In this document: positions 37,649 through 51,400 of the stretch, piece after piece
Numbering within the stretch: position 1 is the first letter of the stretch
Layout: the number at the start of each line of letters is the position of its first letter
NCBI GenBank assembly: GCA_951406725.2
Contig: OX597830.1
Span: 1,798,001 to 1,862,000 of the forward strand
Direction: 5' to 3'
From: Octopus vulgaris
Lineage: Eukaryota
Length of the DNA stretch: 64,000 bases
Made by a program: the position numbers and the translations under genes
Notes under the pieces: model-generated
Told to the model about the DNA's origin: nothing
The model's input: the letters and a program-made list of their open reading frames with translations, nothing else
Databases searched by the model: none

Positions 37649-40600
37649 GGTGGTGGTGGTGAAGGTGGTGGTGGTGGTGAAGGTGGTGTTGGTGGTGAAG
37701 GTGGTGGTGGTGGTGAAGATGGTGGTGGTGGTGAAGGTGGTGGTGGTGGTGAAGATGGTGGTGGTGGTGAAGGTGGTGGTGGTGGTGAAGATGGTGGTGG
37801 TGGTGAAGGTGGTGGTGGTGGTGAAGGTGGTGGTGGTGGTGAAGGTGGTGGTGGTGGTGAAGATGGTGGTGGTGGTGAAGATGGTGGTGGTGGTGAAGAT
37901 GGTGGTGGTGGTGAAGATGGTGGTGGTGGTGAAGGTGGTGGTGGTGGTGAAGGTGGTGGTGGTGGTGAAGGTGGTGGTGGTGGTGAAGGTGGTGGTGGTG
38001 GTGAAGGTGGTGGTGGTGGTGAAGATGGTGGTGGTGGTGAAGGTGGTGGTGGTGGTGAAGGTGGTGGTGAAGATGGTGGTGGTGGTGAAGGTGGTGGTGG
38101 TGGTGAAGATGGTGGTGGTGGTGAAGGTGGTGGTGGTGGTGAAGGTGGTGGTGGTGGTGAAGGTGGTGGTGGTGGTGAAGATGGTGGTGGTGGTGAAGGT
38201 GGTGGTGGTGGTGAAGGTGGTGGTGAAGATGGTGGTGGTGGTGAAGGTGGTGGTGGTGGTGAAGGTGGTGGTGGTGGTGAAGGTGGTGGTGGTGGTGAAG
38301 GTGGTGAAGGTGGCGAAGGTGGTGAAGATGGTGGTGGTGGTGAAGGTGGTGGTGGTGGTGAAGGTGGTGGTGGTGGTGAAGGTGGTGGTGGTGGTGAAGA
38401 TGGTGGTGGTGGTGAAGGTGGTGGTGGTGGTGAAGGTGGTGGTGGTGGTGAAGGTGGTGGTGGTGGTGAAGATGGTGGTGGTGGTGGTGGTGAAGGTGGT
38501 GGTGAAGATGGTGGTGGTGGTGAAGGTGGTGGTGGTGGTGAAGGTGGTGGTGGTGGTGAAGGTGGTGGTGGTGGTGAAGATGGTGGTGGTGGTGAAGGTG
38601 GTGGTGGTGGTGAAGATGGTGGTGGTGGTGAAGGTGGTGGTGGTGGTGAAGGTGGTGGTGGTGGTGAAGGTGGTGGTGGTGGTGAAGGTGGTGTTGGTGG
38701 TGAAGGTGGTGGTGGTGGTGAAGATGGTGGTGGTGGTGAAGGTGGTGGTGGTGGTGAAGGTGGTGGTGAAGATGGTGGTGGTGGTGAAGGTGGTGGTGGT
38801 GGTGAAGGTGGTGGTGGTGGTGAAGGTGGTGGTGGTGGTGAAGATGGTGGTGGTGGTGAAGGTGGTGGTGGTGGTGAAGATGGTGGTGGTGGTGAAGGTG
38901 GTGGTGGTGGTGAAGATGGTGGTGGTGGTGAAGGTGGTGGTGGTGGTGAAGGTGGTGGTGAAGATGGTGGTGGTGGTGAAGGTGGTGGTGGTGGTGAAGG
39001 TGGTGGTGGTGGTGAAGGTGGTGGTGGTGGTGAAGATGGTGGTGGTGGTGAAGGTGGTGGTGGTGGTGAAGATGGTGGTGGTGGTGAAGGTGGTGGTGGT
39101 GGTGAAGATGGTGGTGGTGGTGAAGGTGGTGGTGGTGGTGAAGGTGGTGGTGAAGATGGTGGTGGTGGTGAAGGTGGTGGTGGTGGTGAAGGTGGTGGTG
39201 GTGGTGAAGGTGGTGGTGGTGGTGAAGATGGTGGTGGTGGTGAAGGTGGTGGTGGTGGTGAAGATGGTGGTGGTGGTGAAGGTGGTGGTGGTGGTGAAGG
39301 TGGTGGTGGTGGTGAAGGTGGTGGTGGTGGTGAAGGTGGTGGTGGTGCTGAAGGTGGTGGTGGTGGTGAAGATGGTGGTGGTGGTGAAGGTGGTGGTGGT
39401 GGTGAAGATGGTGGTGGTGGTGAAGGTGGTGGTGGTGGTGAAGATGGTGGTGGTGGTGAAGGTGGTGGTGGTGGTGAAGGTGGTGGTGGTGGTGAAGGTG
39501 GTGGTGGTGGTGAAGGTGGTGGTGGTGGTGAAGGTGGTGTTGGTGGTGAAGGTGGTGGTGGTGGTGAAGATGGTGGTGGTGGTGAAGGTGGTGGTGGTGG
39601 TGAAGATGGTGGTGGTGGTGAAGGTGGTGGTGGTGGTGAAGGTGGTGGTGGTGGTGAAGGTGGTGGTGGTGGTGAAGATGGTGGTGGTGGTGAAGGTGGT
39701 GGTGGTGGTGAAGGTGGTGGTGAAGATGGTGGTGGTGGTGAAGGTGGTGGTGGTGGTGAAGGTGGTGGTGGTGGTGAAGGTGGTGGTGGTGGTGAAGGTG
39801 GTGGTGGTGGTGAAGATGGTGGTGGTGGTGAAGGTGGTGGTGGTGGTGAAGGTGGTGGTGGTGGTGAAGGTGGTGGTGGTGGTGAAGGTGGTGGTGGTGG
39901 TGAAGGTGGTGGTGGTGGTGAAGATGGTGGTGGTGGTGAAGGTGGTGGTGGTGGTGGTGAAGATGGTGGTGGTGGTGAAGGTGGTGGTGGTGGTGAAGGT
40001 GGTGGTGGTGGTGAAGGTGGTGGTGGTGGTGAAGGTGGTGGTGGTGGTGAAGGTGGTGGTGGTGGTGAAGGTGGTGGTGGTGGTGAAGGTGGTGGTGGTG
40101 GTGAAGGTGGTGGTGGTGGTGAAGGTGGTGAAGGTGGTGAAGGTGGTGAAGATGGTGGTGGTGGTGAAGGTGGTGGTGGTGGTGAAGATGGTGGTGGTGG
40201 TGAAGGTGGTGGTGGTGGTGAAGGTGGTGGTGGTGGTGAAGGTGGTGGTGGTGGTGAAGGTGGTGGTGGTGAATGGTGGTGGTGGTGAAGGTGGTGGTGG
40301 TGCTGAAGGTGGTGGTGGTGGTGAAGATGGTGGTGGTGGTGAAGGTGGTGGTGGTGGTGAAGGTGGTGGTGGTGGTGAAGGTGGTGGTGGTGGTGAAGGT
40401 GGTGGTGGTGGTAATGGTGGTGGTGGTGAAGGTGGTGGTGGTGGTGAAGGTGGTGGTGGTGGTGAAGGTGGTGGTGGTGGTGAAGGTGGTGGTGGTGGTG
40501 AAGGTGGTGGTGGTGGTGAAGGTGGTGGTGGTGGTGAAGGTGGTGGTGGTGGTGAAGGTGGTGGTGGTGGTGAAGGTGGTGGTGGTGCTGAAGGTGGTGG

Positions 40601-42059
40601 TGGTGGTGAAGGTGGTGGTGGTGGTGAAGATGGTGGTGGTGGTGAAGGTGGTGGTGGTGGTGAAGATGGTGGTGGTGGTGAAGGTGGTGGTGGTGGTGAA
40701 GATGGTGGTGGTGGTGAAGATGGTGGTGGTGGTGAAGGTGGTGGTGGTGGTGAAGATGGTGGTGGTGGTGAAGGTGGTGGTGGTGGTGAAGGTGGTGGTG
40801 GTGGTGAAGGTGGTGGTGGTGGTGAAGGTGGTGGTGGTGGTGAAGATGGTGGTGGTGGTGAAGGTGGTGGTGGTGGTGAAGATGGTGGTGGTGGTGAAGG
40901 TGGTGGTGGTGGTGAAGATGGTGGTGGTGGTGAAGGTGGTGGTGGTGGTGAAGATGGTGGTGGTGGTGAAGGTGGTGGTGGTGGTGAAGGTGGTGGTGGT
41001 GGTGAAGGTGGTGGTGGTGGTGAAGGTGGTGGTGGTGGTGAAGGTGGTGGTGGTGCTGAAGGTGGTGGTGGTGGTGAAGGTGGTGGTGGTGGTGAAGATG
41101 GTGGTGGTGGTGAAGGTGGTGGTGGTGGTGAAGGTGGTGGTGGTGGTGAAGGTGGTGGTGGTGGTGAAGGTGGTGGTGGTGGTGAAGGTGGTGGTGGTGG
41201 TGAAGGTGGTGGTGGTGGTGAAGGTGGTGAAGGTGGTGAAGGTGGTGAAGATGGTGGTGGTGGTGAAGGTGGTGGTGGTGAAGATGGTGGTGGTGGTGAA
41301 GGTGGTGGTGGTGGTGAAGGTGGTGGTGGTGGTGAAGGTGGTGGTGGTGGTGAAGGTGGTGGTGGTGGTGAAGGTGGTGGTGGTGGTGAAGGTGGTGGTG
41401 GTGGTGAAGATGGTGGTGGTGGTGAAGGTGGTGGTGGTGGTGAAGATGGTGGTGGTGGTGAAGGTGGTGGTGGTGGTGAAGATGGTGGTGGTGGTGAAGA
41501 TGGTGGTGGTGGTGAAGATGGTGGTGGTGGTGAAGGTGGTGGTGGTGGTGAAGGTGGTGGTGGTGGTGAAGGTGGTGGTGGTGCTGAAGGTGGTGGTGGT
41601 GGTGAAGATGGTGGTGGTGGTGAAGGTGGTGGTGGTGGTGAAGATGGTGGTGGTGGTGAAGGTGGTGGTGGTGGTGAAGGTGGTGGTGGTGGTGGTGGTG
41701 GTGGTGGTGGTGAAGATGGTGGTGGTGGTGAAGGTGGTGGTGGTGGTGAAGATGGTGGTGGTGGTGAAGGTGGTGGTGGTGGTGAAGGTGGTGGTGGTGG
41801 TGAAGGTGGTGGTGGTGGTGGTGAAGATGGTGGTGGTGGTGAAGGTGGTGGTGGTGGTGAAGATGGTGGTGGTGGTGAAGGTGGTGGTGGTGGTGAAGGT
41901 GGTGGTGGTGGTGGTGAAGATGGTGGTGGTGGTGAAGATGGTGGTGGTGGTGAAGGTGGTGGTGGTGGTGAAGGTGGTGGTGGTGGTGAAGATGGTGGTG
42001 GTGGTGAAGGTGGTGGTGGTGGTGAAGGTGGTGGTGGTGGTGAAGGTGGTGGTGGTGGT
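37649..42059. repeat. 4.4-kb 18-bp minisatellite GAAG(G/A)TGGTGGTGGTGGT, about 245 units
   Basis: Read directly. Two main unit types with degenerate (GGT/GAT)n flanks. Confidence 0.98.
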
Positions 42060-42684
42060 AGTGTATGTTTGTGTTTGATGAGTGAATGGTGATGATTGAT
42101 AATACTGATTGGTAATGATAGAAGCATTAATGAAGATGACAGATGTGACAGGGGAGGTACTGATGATGATGATGACGATGATGATGTTGAGGGTGACAAC
42201 CATGATTATGGCGAAGATGATCATTATGATGGTAAGAGCGAATGGAAATGATGATAATGATGAAGATGATGATGATGGCAAATGAAAACCTATATTCATA
42301 CATTATCGAGAATAGATCTAATGAACAACCCTTAAAGCAATGTAACTTTTAGTTTCTCTTTCCCAGTAAATAGACAATTTATTGATTAATTTATTTATTT
42401 GCTTTCGTTTCCCTCCTCAGATTCTGGTAGTGATTCCACTTGGTGCTTTCTGAGACAGTTTGTTGTTTACTTCCAACATTGAGCCTGCAAGAAGCCAACT
42501 TTCTGTGTACAATAGAACGGTGAAAGGGATGAGAAAATGCAAATCTGATGATAGTGTTACATGAAACTTTATTAATGAATAAGGGGAACAGTTGTCCCTT
42601 TTTTGCAGTTAATGAGAAGTTTTACCATTTTGTTTGGGAAGAAGGAAAAACGAACACATAACCATATACTACAGGCATACATAA

Positions 42685-42860
42685 CTATATATATAAATAT
42701 ATACACACACACATACACACATATATATATATATTATATATATGTATTATATATACGTATGTGTGTGTATATATATATACACATGTTTGTGTGTGTGTGT
42801 ATGTATGTGTGCATGTGTAGAGATACATATATATATATATATTCATACATATACATATAC

Positions 42861-42911
<51 letters not shown>

Positions 42912-43450
42912 CATATACATATATATATACATATGTATACACATACATACTGTTAGTATGTATGTATGTGTATATTTATACATATGCATATATGAAGTGG
43001 AAGTAATTTTGAAGCAGAATTTTCTTTCGTTTTTCGCAACAGATAGAATGAAAGTGCAAATTGTTATGAAGTTATGTGTTGTTTTGTTGAAAACTAAGTC
43101 AGGTTCCACTAAACATATCTCAAAGACAAATGCCATTCATAAAGCTGTTGGACGATATTGGTAAGTTTTTCAAACACACCTCACAATAAGAATAAAAGTG
43201 AGATGCAATTAGAAGTAGAATCTATATTCGGTAAGATTCTTTTGCAAGAATGCATAGGTATATACATGTATTCTTGAGAGGATACATAAATATATGAACA
43301 CAGACATATAGACACACAGAGACACACAGAGACATACAGAGACATGTGTGTGTATGTGTGTGTATGTATGAATATATATATACATACATACATATAGAGT
43401 ATATTCACATACATGTACATAAATACTTATATATGTATACACACATATAT

Positions 43451-43502
<52 letters not shown>

Positions 43503-43590
43503 ATATATATATGTATATATGTATGTATATATATATGTATGTATGTATATATATATATATGTATGTATATATATATGAATATGTATGTAA

Positions 43591-43634
<44 letters not shown>

Positions 43635-43720
43635 GTGTGTGTATAAATATATATATATATATAAATATAAATATATATAAATATATAAATATATATATGT
43701 GTGTGTGTGTGTGTGTGCAC
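42685..43720. repeat. Compound TA/CA/TG/TATG microsatellite fields
   Basis: Read directly at 42685-42992 and 43255-43720. Confidence 0.95.
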
Positions 43721-44981
43721 ATGTAATAAATAAAGTATATCTTCTGAAGCAATAATACTAATGAGGAATAAATAATAACTGCAGGTTGATGTCTTTTAAT
43801 ATTGATAATAGATTTAATAATGCAAATGAATCTCAATAAATAATTAATGTTTACAAAGTAGTGAAATAATAATTTAATTGGTAAAAACAAATCAACACCA
43901 CCTTTCTTGGAACAAAGAATCTATAAGTGGGTTCTTGGGAGAGAAACGCTATAAAAATTACAATAGTCTGTAAAATTGATAAACAGCCCTTAAACATCAT
44001 TGAATTTACATCAATCCTTCCTTCTTTGGTTTCCAAACTCAAAGTAAGGTTTGTTTTTTTGGTATGATTTTTTAATTTTTATTATATTTTATTTATTTAT
44101 TTATTTATTTATTCGTTTTTTATTAATCAACAATAACAACCCATTAAGTTTCTAAAAAGATGGCTGATGGCAAAATAGGTAAAGTGTTGATCAAATCTCT
44201 TTCTGGCATTTGGGTTCATACTTTTACACTCTGGTTTCAAGTTTCATCCAGGTTGATATCTTTTATCTTTCACTTGATTCAGTCATGCTGGAGCAACACC
44301 TTGGAGTTTGTTAGTCATGTTATGATAAAATACAATAGATTCAGACTTGTAAGGTGTTGCTCCAGCATGGCCACAGTCCAATGACTGAAATCAAAGATGT
44401 ACTCTATTAGAAAATATATTCTTTTAGTTATTCGCTTGTTACAGTTATTACACATTGCCCATGCTGGGGCAACACCTTCAAGGATGTAGTTGAACAAATC
44501 GATCTGTAAACTGTTCTCATTTCACATAGAATAACCAAGAAAAACCTCAATCTTCTGATCCTTCTTCTGGACATAGTTTGTTGTTATTTAGCCCCAAGTC
44601 GACCATGATTGGATAAATCTATGATAAAGGCATCCCAGCCATGACCATCCCTGAGTATTTTCATGACTATCTAAGACTAACTTATCTAATGTGTCACTCC
44701 CTGTTTTAAAGATGGTAAGATGTGATTTGAGTAAGATTTGGTTACTATATCTATCACATCAACGGATCGTGTAGAGACTTCTGGTTCTATCGATGTGTGA
44801 CTCTCTCTATTTTATTTAATCTTGGGGTTCTCCCAGTTGTCCTGGTTTTCTTTTCATACCCCCCCCACTTCATATCACAGACTAGCTCTATATAAACTGA
44901 ACAACCAACATCAGAGGTGTGCCTTTGGATGGACTAAACTATTCCCTGTAAATAAAGATGTTTTCGATCTAGTTTGGATTC

Positions 44982-45451
44982 TTTGCCATCAAATTTGAAT
45001 TTTTCAATTGGTGCTCAAACCTTGTAAAAGAAAAAAAGAGTTAAACTACATCAGCCGTAAGGGAATACATGTCTACCTTATCTAATTCGTCCAGTAGAGC
45101 CCACCAATTGATATCTGAAAAAGTTCGATGAAATAACTCATGAACACTGCCATAGCTTCTGCCAAAAGATATTCCGGTCTGAACAAGGGGAGATAATAGA
45201 AAAAGAATCATTTGTTTATTATCTCCCATGGTGAGATCTGTCAACTATGTAAATATGTTGAAGCAAGTTTTGGTAGAAGCTGTGCCAGTGTTCATGAGTT
45301 ATTTCATCGAACTTCTCAGATATCAATTGGTGGGCTCTACTGGATGAGTTAGATAAGATAGAAATGTATTGCCTTACGGCTGATGTAGTTTAAATGTTTT
45401 TTTCTTTTCAAGGTTTGAGCACCAACTGAAAAATTCAAATTTGATGGCAAA
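44982..45451. mobile_element. Fold-back element abutting the satellite, possibly a decayed Penelope RT segment
   Basis: Inverted arms 44982-45167 / 45268-45451 (about 185 bp, 85-90% by eye). Loop hairpin GGGAGATAATA/TATTATCTCCC. Confidence 0.7.
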
Positions 45452-48400
45452 TAATTCAAATTTGATTGCAAAGAATTCAAATTTGATTGCAAAGAATTCA
45501 AATTTGATTGCAAAGAATTCTAATTTGATTGCAAAGAGTTCAAATTTGATTGCAAAGAATTCAAATTTGATTGCAAAGAAATCAAATTTGATTGCAAAGA
45601 AATCAAATTTGATTGCAAAGAATTCAAATTTGATTACAAAGAAATCAAATTTGATTGCAAAGAATTCAAATTTGATTAGAAAGAATTCAAATTTGATTGC
45701 AAAGAATTCAAATTTGATTGCAAAGAATTCAAATTTGATTGCAAAGAATTCAAATTTGATTGCAAAGAAATCAAATTTGATTGCAAAGAATTCAAATTTG
45801 ATTGCAAAGAATTCAAATTTGATTGCAAAGTATTCAAATTTGATTGCAAAGAATTCAAATTTGATTGCAAAGAATTCAAATTTGATTGCAAAGAATTCAA
45901 ATTTGATTGCAAAGAATTCAAATTTGATTACAAAGAATTCAAATATGATTGCAAAGAATTCAAATTTGATTGCAAAGAATTTAAATTTGATTGCAAAGAA
46001 TTCAAATTTGATTGCAAAGAATTATAATTTGATTGCAAAGAATCAAATTTGATTGCAAAGAATTCAAATTTGATTGCAAAGAGTTCAAATTTGATTGCAA
46101 AGAATTCAAATTTGATTGCAAAGAAATCAAATTTTATTGCAAAGAAATCAAATTTGATTGCAAAGAATTCAAATTTGATTACAAAGAATTCAAATTTGAT
46201 TGCAAAGAATTCAAATTTCATTGCAAAAAATTAATATTTGATTGCAAAGAAATCAAATATGATTGCAAATAATTCAAATTTGATTGCAAAGAAATCAAAT
46301 TTGATTGCAAAGAATTCAAATTTGATTGCAAAGAATTCAATTTTGATTGGAAATAATTCAAATTTGACTACAAATAATTCAAATTTGATTGCAAAGAATT
46401 CAAATTTGATTGCAAAGAATTCAAATTTGATTGGAAAGAATTCAAATTTGATTGCAAAGAATTCAAATTTGATTGCAAAGAAATCAAATTTGATTGCAAA
46501 GAATTCAAATTTGATTGCAAAGAATTCAAATTTGATTGCAAAGAATTCAAATTTGATTGCAAAGAATTCAAATTAGATTGCAAAGAATTCGAATTTGATT
46601 GCAAAGAATTCAAATTTGATTGCAAAGAGTTCAAATTTGATTGCAAAGAATTCAAATTTGATTGCAAAGAAATCAAATTTGATTGCAAAGAAATCAAATT
46701 TGATTGCAAAGAATTCAAATTTGATTACAAAGAATTCAAATTTGATTACAAATAATTCAAATTTGATTCCAAAGAATTCAAATTTGATTGCAAAGAATTC
46801 AAATTTGATTACAAAGTATTCAAATTTGATTGCAAATAATTCAAATTTGATTACAAAGAATTCAAATTTGATTGCAAAGAATACAAATTTAAATACAAAG
46901 AATTCAAATTTGATTGCAAAGAATTCAAATTTGATTGAAAAGAATACAAATTTAATTGCAAAGAATTCAAATTTGATTGCAAAGAATTCAAATTTGATTG
47001 CAAAGAATTCAAATTTGATTGCAAAGAAATCAAATTTGATTGCAAAGAATTCAAATTTGATTGTAAAGAATTCAAATTTGATTACAAAGAAATCAAATTT
47101 GATTGCAAATAATTCAAATTTGATTGCAAAGAATTGTATTTTTGATTGCAAAGAATTCAAATTTGATTGCAAATAATTCAAATTTGATTGCGAAGAATTC
47201 AAATTTGATTGCAAAGTATTCAAATATGATTTCAAAGAATTCAAATTTGATGGCAAAGAATTCTAATTTGATTACAAAGAAATCAAATTTGATTGCGAAG
47301 AATTCAAATTTGATTGCAAAGAAATCAAATTTGATTACAAAGAATTCAAATTTGATTGCAAAGAATCAAATTTGATTGCAAAGAATTCAAATTTGATTGC
47401 AAAGAATTCAAATTTGATTGCAAAGAATTCAAATTTGATTGCAAAAATTCAAATTTGATTGCAAAGAAATCAAAATTTGATTGCAAAGAATTCAAATTTG
47501 ATTGCAAAGAATTCATATTTGATTGCAAAGAATTCAAATTTGATTACAAAGAATTCAAATTTGATTGCAAAGAATTCAAATTTGATTGCAACGAATTCAA
47601 ATTTGATTGCAAAGAATTCAAATTTGATTGCAATGAATTCAAATTTGATTGCAAAGAAATCAAATTTGATTTCAAAGAATTCAAATTTGATTGCAAAGAA
47701 TTCAAATTTGATTGCAAAGTATTCAAATTTGATTGCAAAGAAATCAAATTTGATTACAAAGAATTCAAATTTCATTGCAAAGAATCCAAATTTGATTGCA
47801 AAGAATTCAAATTTGATTGCAAAGAATTCAAATTAGATTGCAAAGAATTCAAATTTGATTGCAAAGAATTCAAATTTGATTACAAAGAATTCAAATTTGA
47901 TTGCAAAAATTCAAATTTGATTGCAAAGAAATCAAATTTGATTGCAAAGAATTCAAATTTGATTGCAAAGAATTCAAATTTGATTGCAACGAATTCAAAT
48001 TTGATTGCAAAGAATTCAAATTTGATTGCAAGAATTCAAATTTGATTGCAAAGAAATCAAATTTGATTGCAAAGAATTCAAATTTGATTGCAAAGAATTC
48101 AAATTTGATTGCAAAGTGTTCAAATTTGATTGCAAAGAATTCAAATTTGATTGCAAAGAGTTCAAATTTGATTGGGAAGAATTCAAATTTGACTACAAAG
48201 AATTCAAATTTGATTGCAAAGAATTCAAATTTGATTGCAAAGAATTCTAATTTGATTGGAAAGAATTCAAATTTGATTGCAAAGAATTCAAATTTGATTG
48301 CAAAGAATTCAAATTTGATTGCAAAGAATTCAAATTTGATTGCAAAGAAATCAAATTTGATTGCAATGAAATCAAATTTGATTGCAAAGAATTCAAATTT

Positions 48401-51400
48401 GATTACAAAGAATTCAAATTTGATTACAAAGAATTCAAATTTGATAGCAAAGAATTCAAATTTGATTGCAAAGAATTCAAATTTGATTACAAAGAAATCA
48501 ACTTTGATTGCAAAGAATTCAAATTTGATTAGAAAGAATTCAAATTTGATTGCAAAGAATTCAAATTTGATTGCAAAGAATTCAAATTTGATTGCAAAGA
48601 ATTCAAATTTGATTGCAAAGAAATCAAATTTGATTGCAAAGAATTCAAATTTGATTGCAAAGAATTCAAATTTGATTGCAAAGTATTCAAATTTGATTGC
48701 AAAGAATTCAAATTTGATTGCAAAGAATTCAAATTTGATTGCAAAGAATTCAAATTTGATTGCAAAGAATTCAAATTTGATTACAAAGAATTCAAATATG
48801 ATTGTAAAGAATTCAAATTTGATTGCAAAGAATTTAAATTTGATTGCAAAGAATTCAAATTTGATTGCAAAGAATTATAATTTGATTGCAAAGAATCAAA
48901 TTTGATTGCAAAGAATTCAAATTTGATTGCAAAGAGTTCAAATTTGATTGCAAAGAATTCAAATTTGATTGCAAAGAAATCAAATTTGATTGCAAAGAAA
49001 TCAAATTTGATTGCAAAGAATTCAAATTTGATTACAAAGAATTCAAATTTGATTGCAAAGAATTCAAATTTCATTGCAAAAAATTCAGATTTGATTGCAA
49101 AGAAATCAAATATGATTGCAAAGAATTCAAATTTGATTGCAAAGAAATCAAATTTGATTGCAAAGAATTCAAATTTGATTGCAAAGAATTCAAATTTGAT
49201 TGGAAAGAATTCAAATTTGACTACAAATAATTCAAATTTGATTGCAAAGAATTCAAATTTGATTGCAAAGAATTCAAATTTGATTGGAAAGAATTCAAAT
49301 TTGATTGCAAAGAATTCAAATTTGATTGCAAAGAAATCAAATTTGATTGCAAAAGAATTCAAATTTGATTGCAAAGAATTCAAATTTGATTGTAAAGAAT
49401 TCAAATTTGATTGCAAAGAATTCAAATTAGATTGCAAAGAATTCAAATTTGATTGCAAAGAATTCAAATTTGATTGCAAAGAGTTCAAATTTGATTGCAA
49501 AGAATTCAAATTTGATTGCAAAGAAATAAAATTTGATTGCAAAGAAATCAAATTTGATTGCAAAGAATTCAAATTTGATTACAAAGAATTCAAATTTGAT
49601 TACAAATAATTCAAATTTGATTCCAAAGAATTCAAATTTGATTGCAAAGTATTCAAATTTGATTGCAAAGTATTCAAATTTGATAGCAAATAATTCAAAT
49701 TTGATTACAAAGAATTCAAATTTGATTGCAAAGAATACAAATTTAAATACAAAGAATTCAAATTTGATTGCAAATAATTCAAATTTGATTGCAAAGAATT
49801 CAAATTTGATTGCAAAGAAATCAAATTTGATTGCAAAGAATTCAAATTTGATTGCAAAGAATTCAAATTTGATTACAAATAATTCAAATTTGATTCAAAG
49901 AATTCAAATTTGATTGCAAAGAATTCAAATTTAATTGCAAAGAATTCAAATTTGATTGCAAAGAACTCAAATTTGATTGCAAAGAATTCAAATTTGATTG
50001 CAAAGAATTCAAATTTGATTGCAAAGAATTCAACTATGATTGCAATGAATTCAAATTTGATTGCAAAGAATTCAAATTTGATTACAAAGAATTCAAATTT
50101 GATTGCAAAGAATTCAAATTTGATTGCAAAGAATTCAAATTTGATTGCAAAGAATTGAAATTTGATTGCAAAGAATTCAAATTTGATTGCAAAGAAATCA
50201 AATTTGATTGCAAAGAATTCAAATTTGATTGCAAAGAGTTCAAATATGATTGCAAAGAATTCAAATTTGATTGCAAAGAAATCAAATTTGATTGCAAAGA
50301 AATCAAATTTGATTGCAAAGAATTCAAATTTGATTGCAAAGAATTCAAATTTGATTGCAAAGAATTCAAATTTGATTGCAAAGAATTCAAATTTGATTGC
50401 AAAGAGTTCAAATTTGATTGGAAAGAATTCAAATTTGACTACAAAGAATTCAAATTTGATTGCAAAGAATTCAAATTTGATTGCAAAGAATTCTAATTTG
50501 ATTGGAATGATTGCAAAGAATTCAAATTTGATTGCAAAGAATTCAAATTTGATTACAAAGAATTCAAATATGATTGCAAAGAATTCAAATTTGATTGCAA
50601 AGAATTTAAATTTGATTGCAAAGAATTCAAATTTGATTGCAAAGAATTCAAATTTGATTGCAAAGAATTCAAATTTGATTGCAAAGAATTCAAATTTGAT
50701 TGCAAAGAATTCAAATTTGATTACAAAGAATTCAAATATGATTGCAAAGAATTCAAATTTGATTGCAAAGAATTTAAATTTGATTGCAAAGAATTCAAAT
50801 TTGATTGCAAAGATTTATAATTTGATTGCAAAGAATCAAATTTGATTGCAAAGAATTCAAATTTGATTGCAAAGAGTTCAAATTTGATTGCAAAGAATTC
50901 AAATTTGATTGCAAAGAAATCAAATTTAATTGCAAAGAAATCAAATTTGATTGCAAAGAATTCAAATTTGATTACAAAGAATTCAAATATGATTGCAAAG
51001 AATTCAAATTTGATTGCAAAGAATTCAAATTTGATTGCAAAGAATTCAAATTTGATTACAAAGAATTCAAATTTGATTGCAAAGAATTCAAATTTGATTG
51101 CAAAGAATTCAAATTTGATTACAAATAATTCAAATTTGATTCCAAAGAATTCAAATTTGATTGCAAAGAATTCAAATTTAATTGCAAAGAATTCAAATTT
51201 GATTGCAAAGAACTCAAATTTGATTGCAAAGAATTCAAATTTGATTGCAAAGAATTCAAATTTGATTGCAAAGAATTCAACTATGATTGCAATGAATTCA
51301 AATTTGATTGCAAAGAATTCAAATTTGATTACAAAGAATTCAAATTTGATTGCAAAGAATTCAAATTTGATTGCAAAGAATTCAAATTTGATTGCAAAGA

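Noticed and set aside
37530-42299. 1520-1586 aa ORFs (poly-V/K, EGGGGG, extensin-like SPPPP, poly-His, poly-Thr)
   Set aside because: All are frames of an 18-bp repeat that lacks stops, with single-codon usage. They switch peptide type at the 40271 frameshift, and I see no unique domain or splice context.
42603-43890. YI/CV/HT-rich ORFs (also at 47-467, 2046-2375 and 3180-3407)
   Set aside because: Translations of dinucleotide microsatellites.
45336-45375. TGGATGA...GAAA in the satellite-adjacent arm as an HHR
   Set aside because: Core is not CUGANGA, the stems do not pair, and the mirror arm has GACA instead of GAAA.
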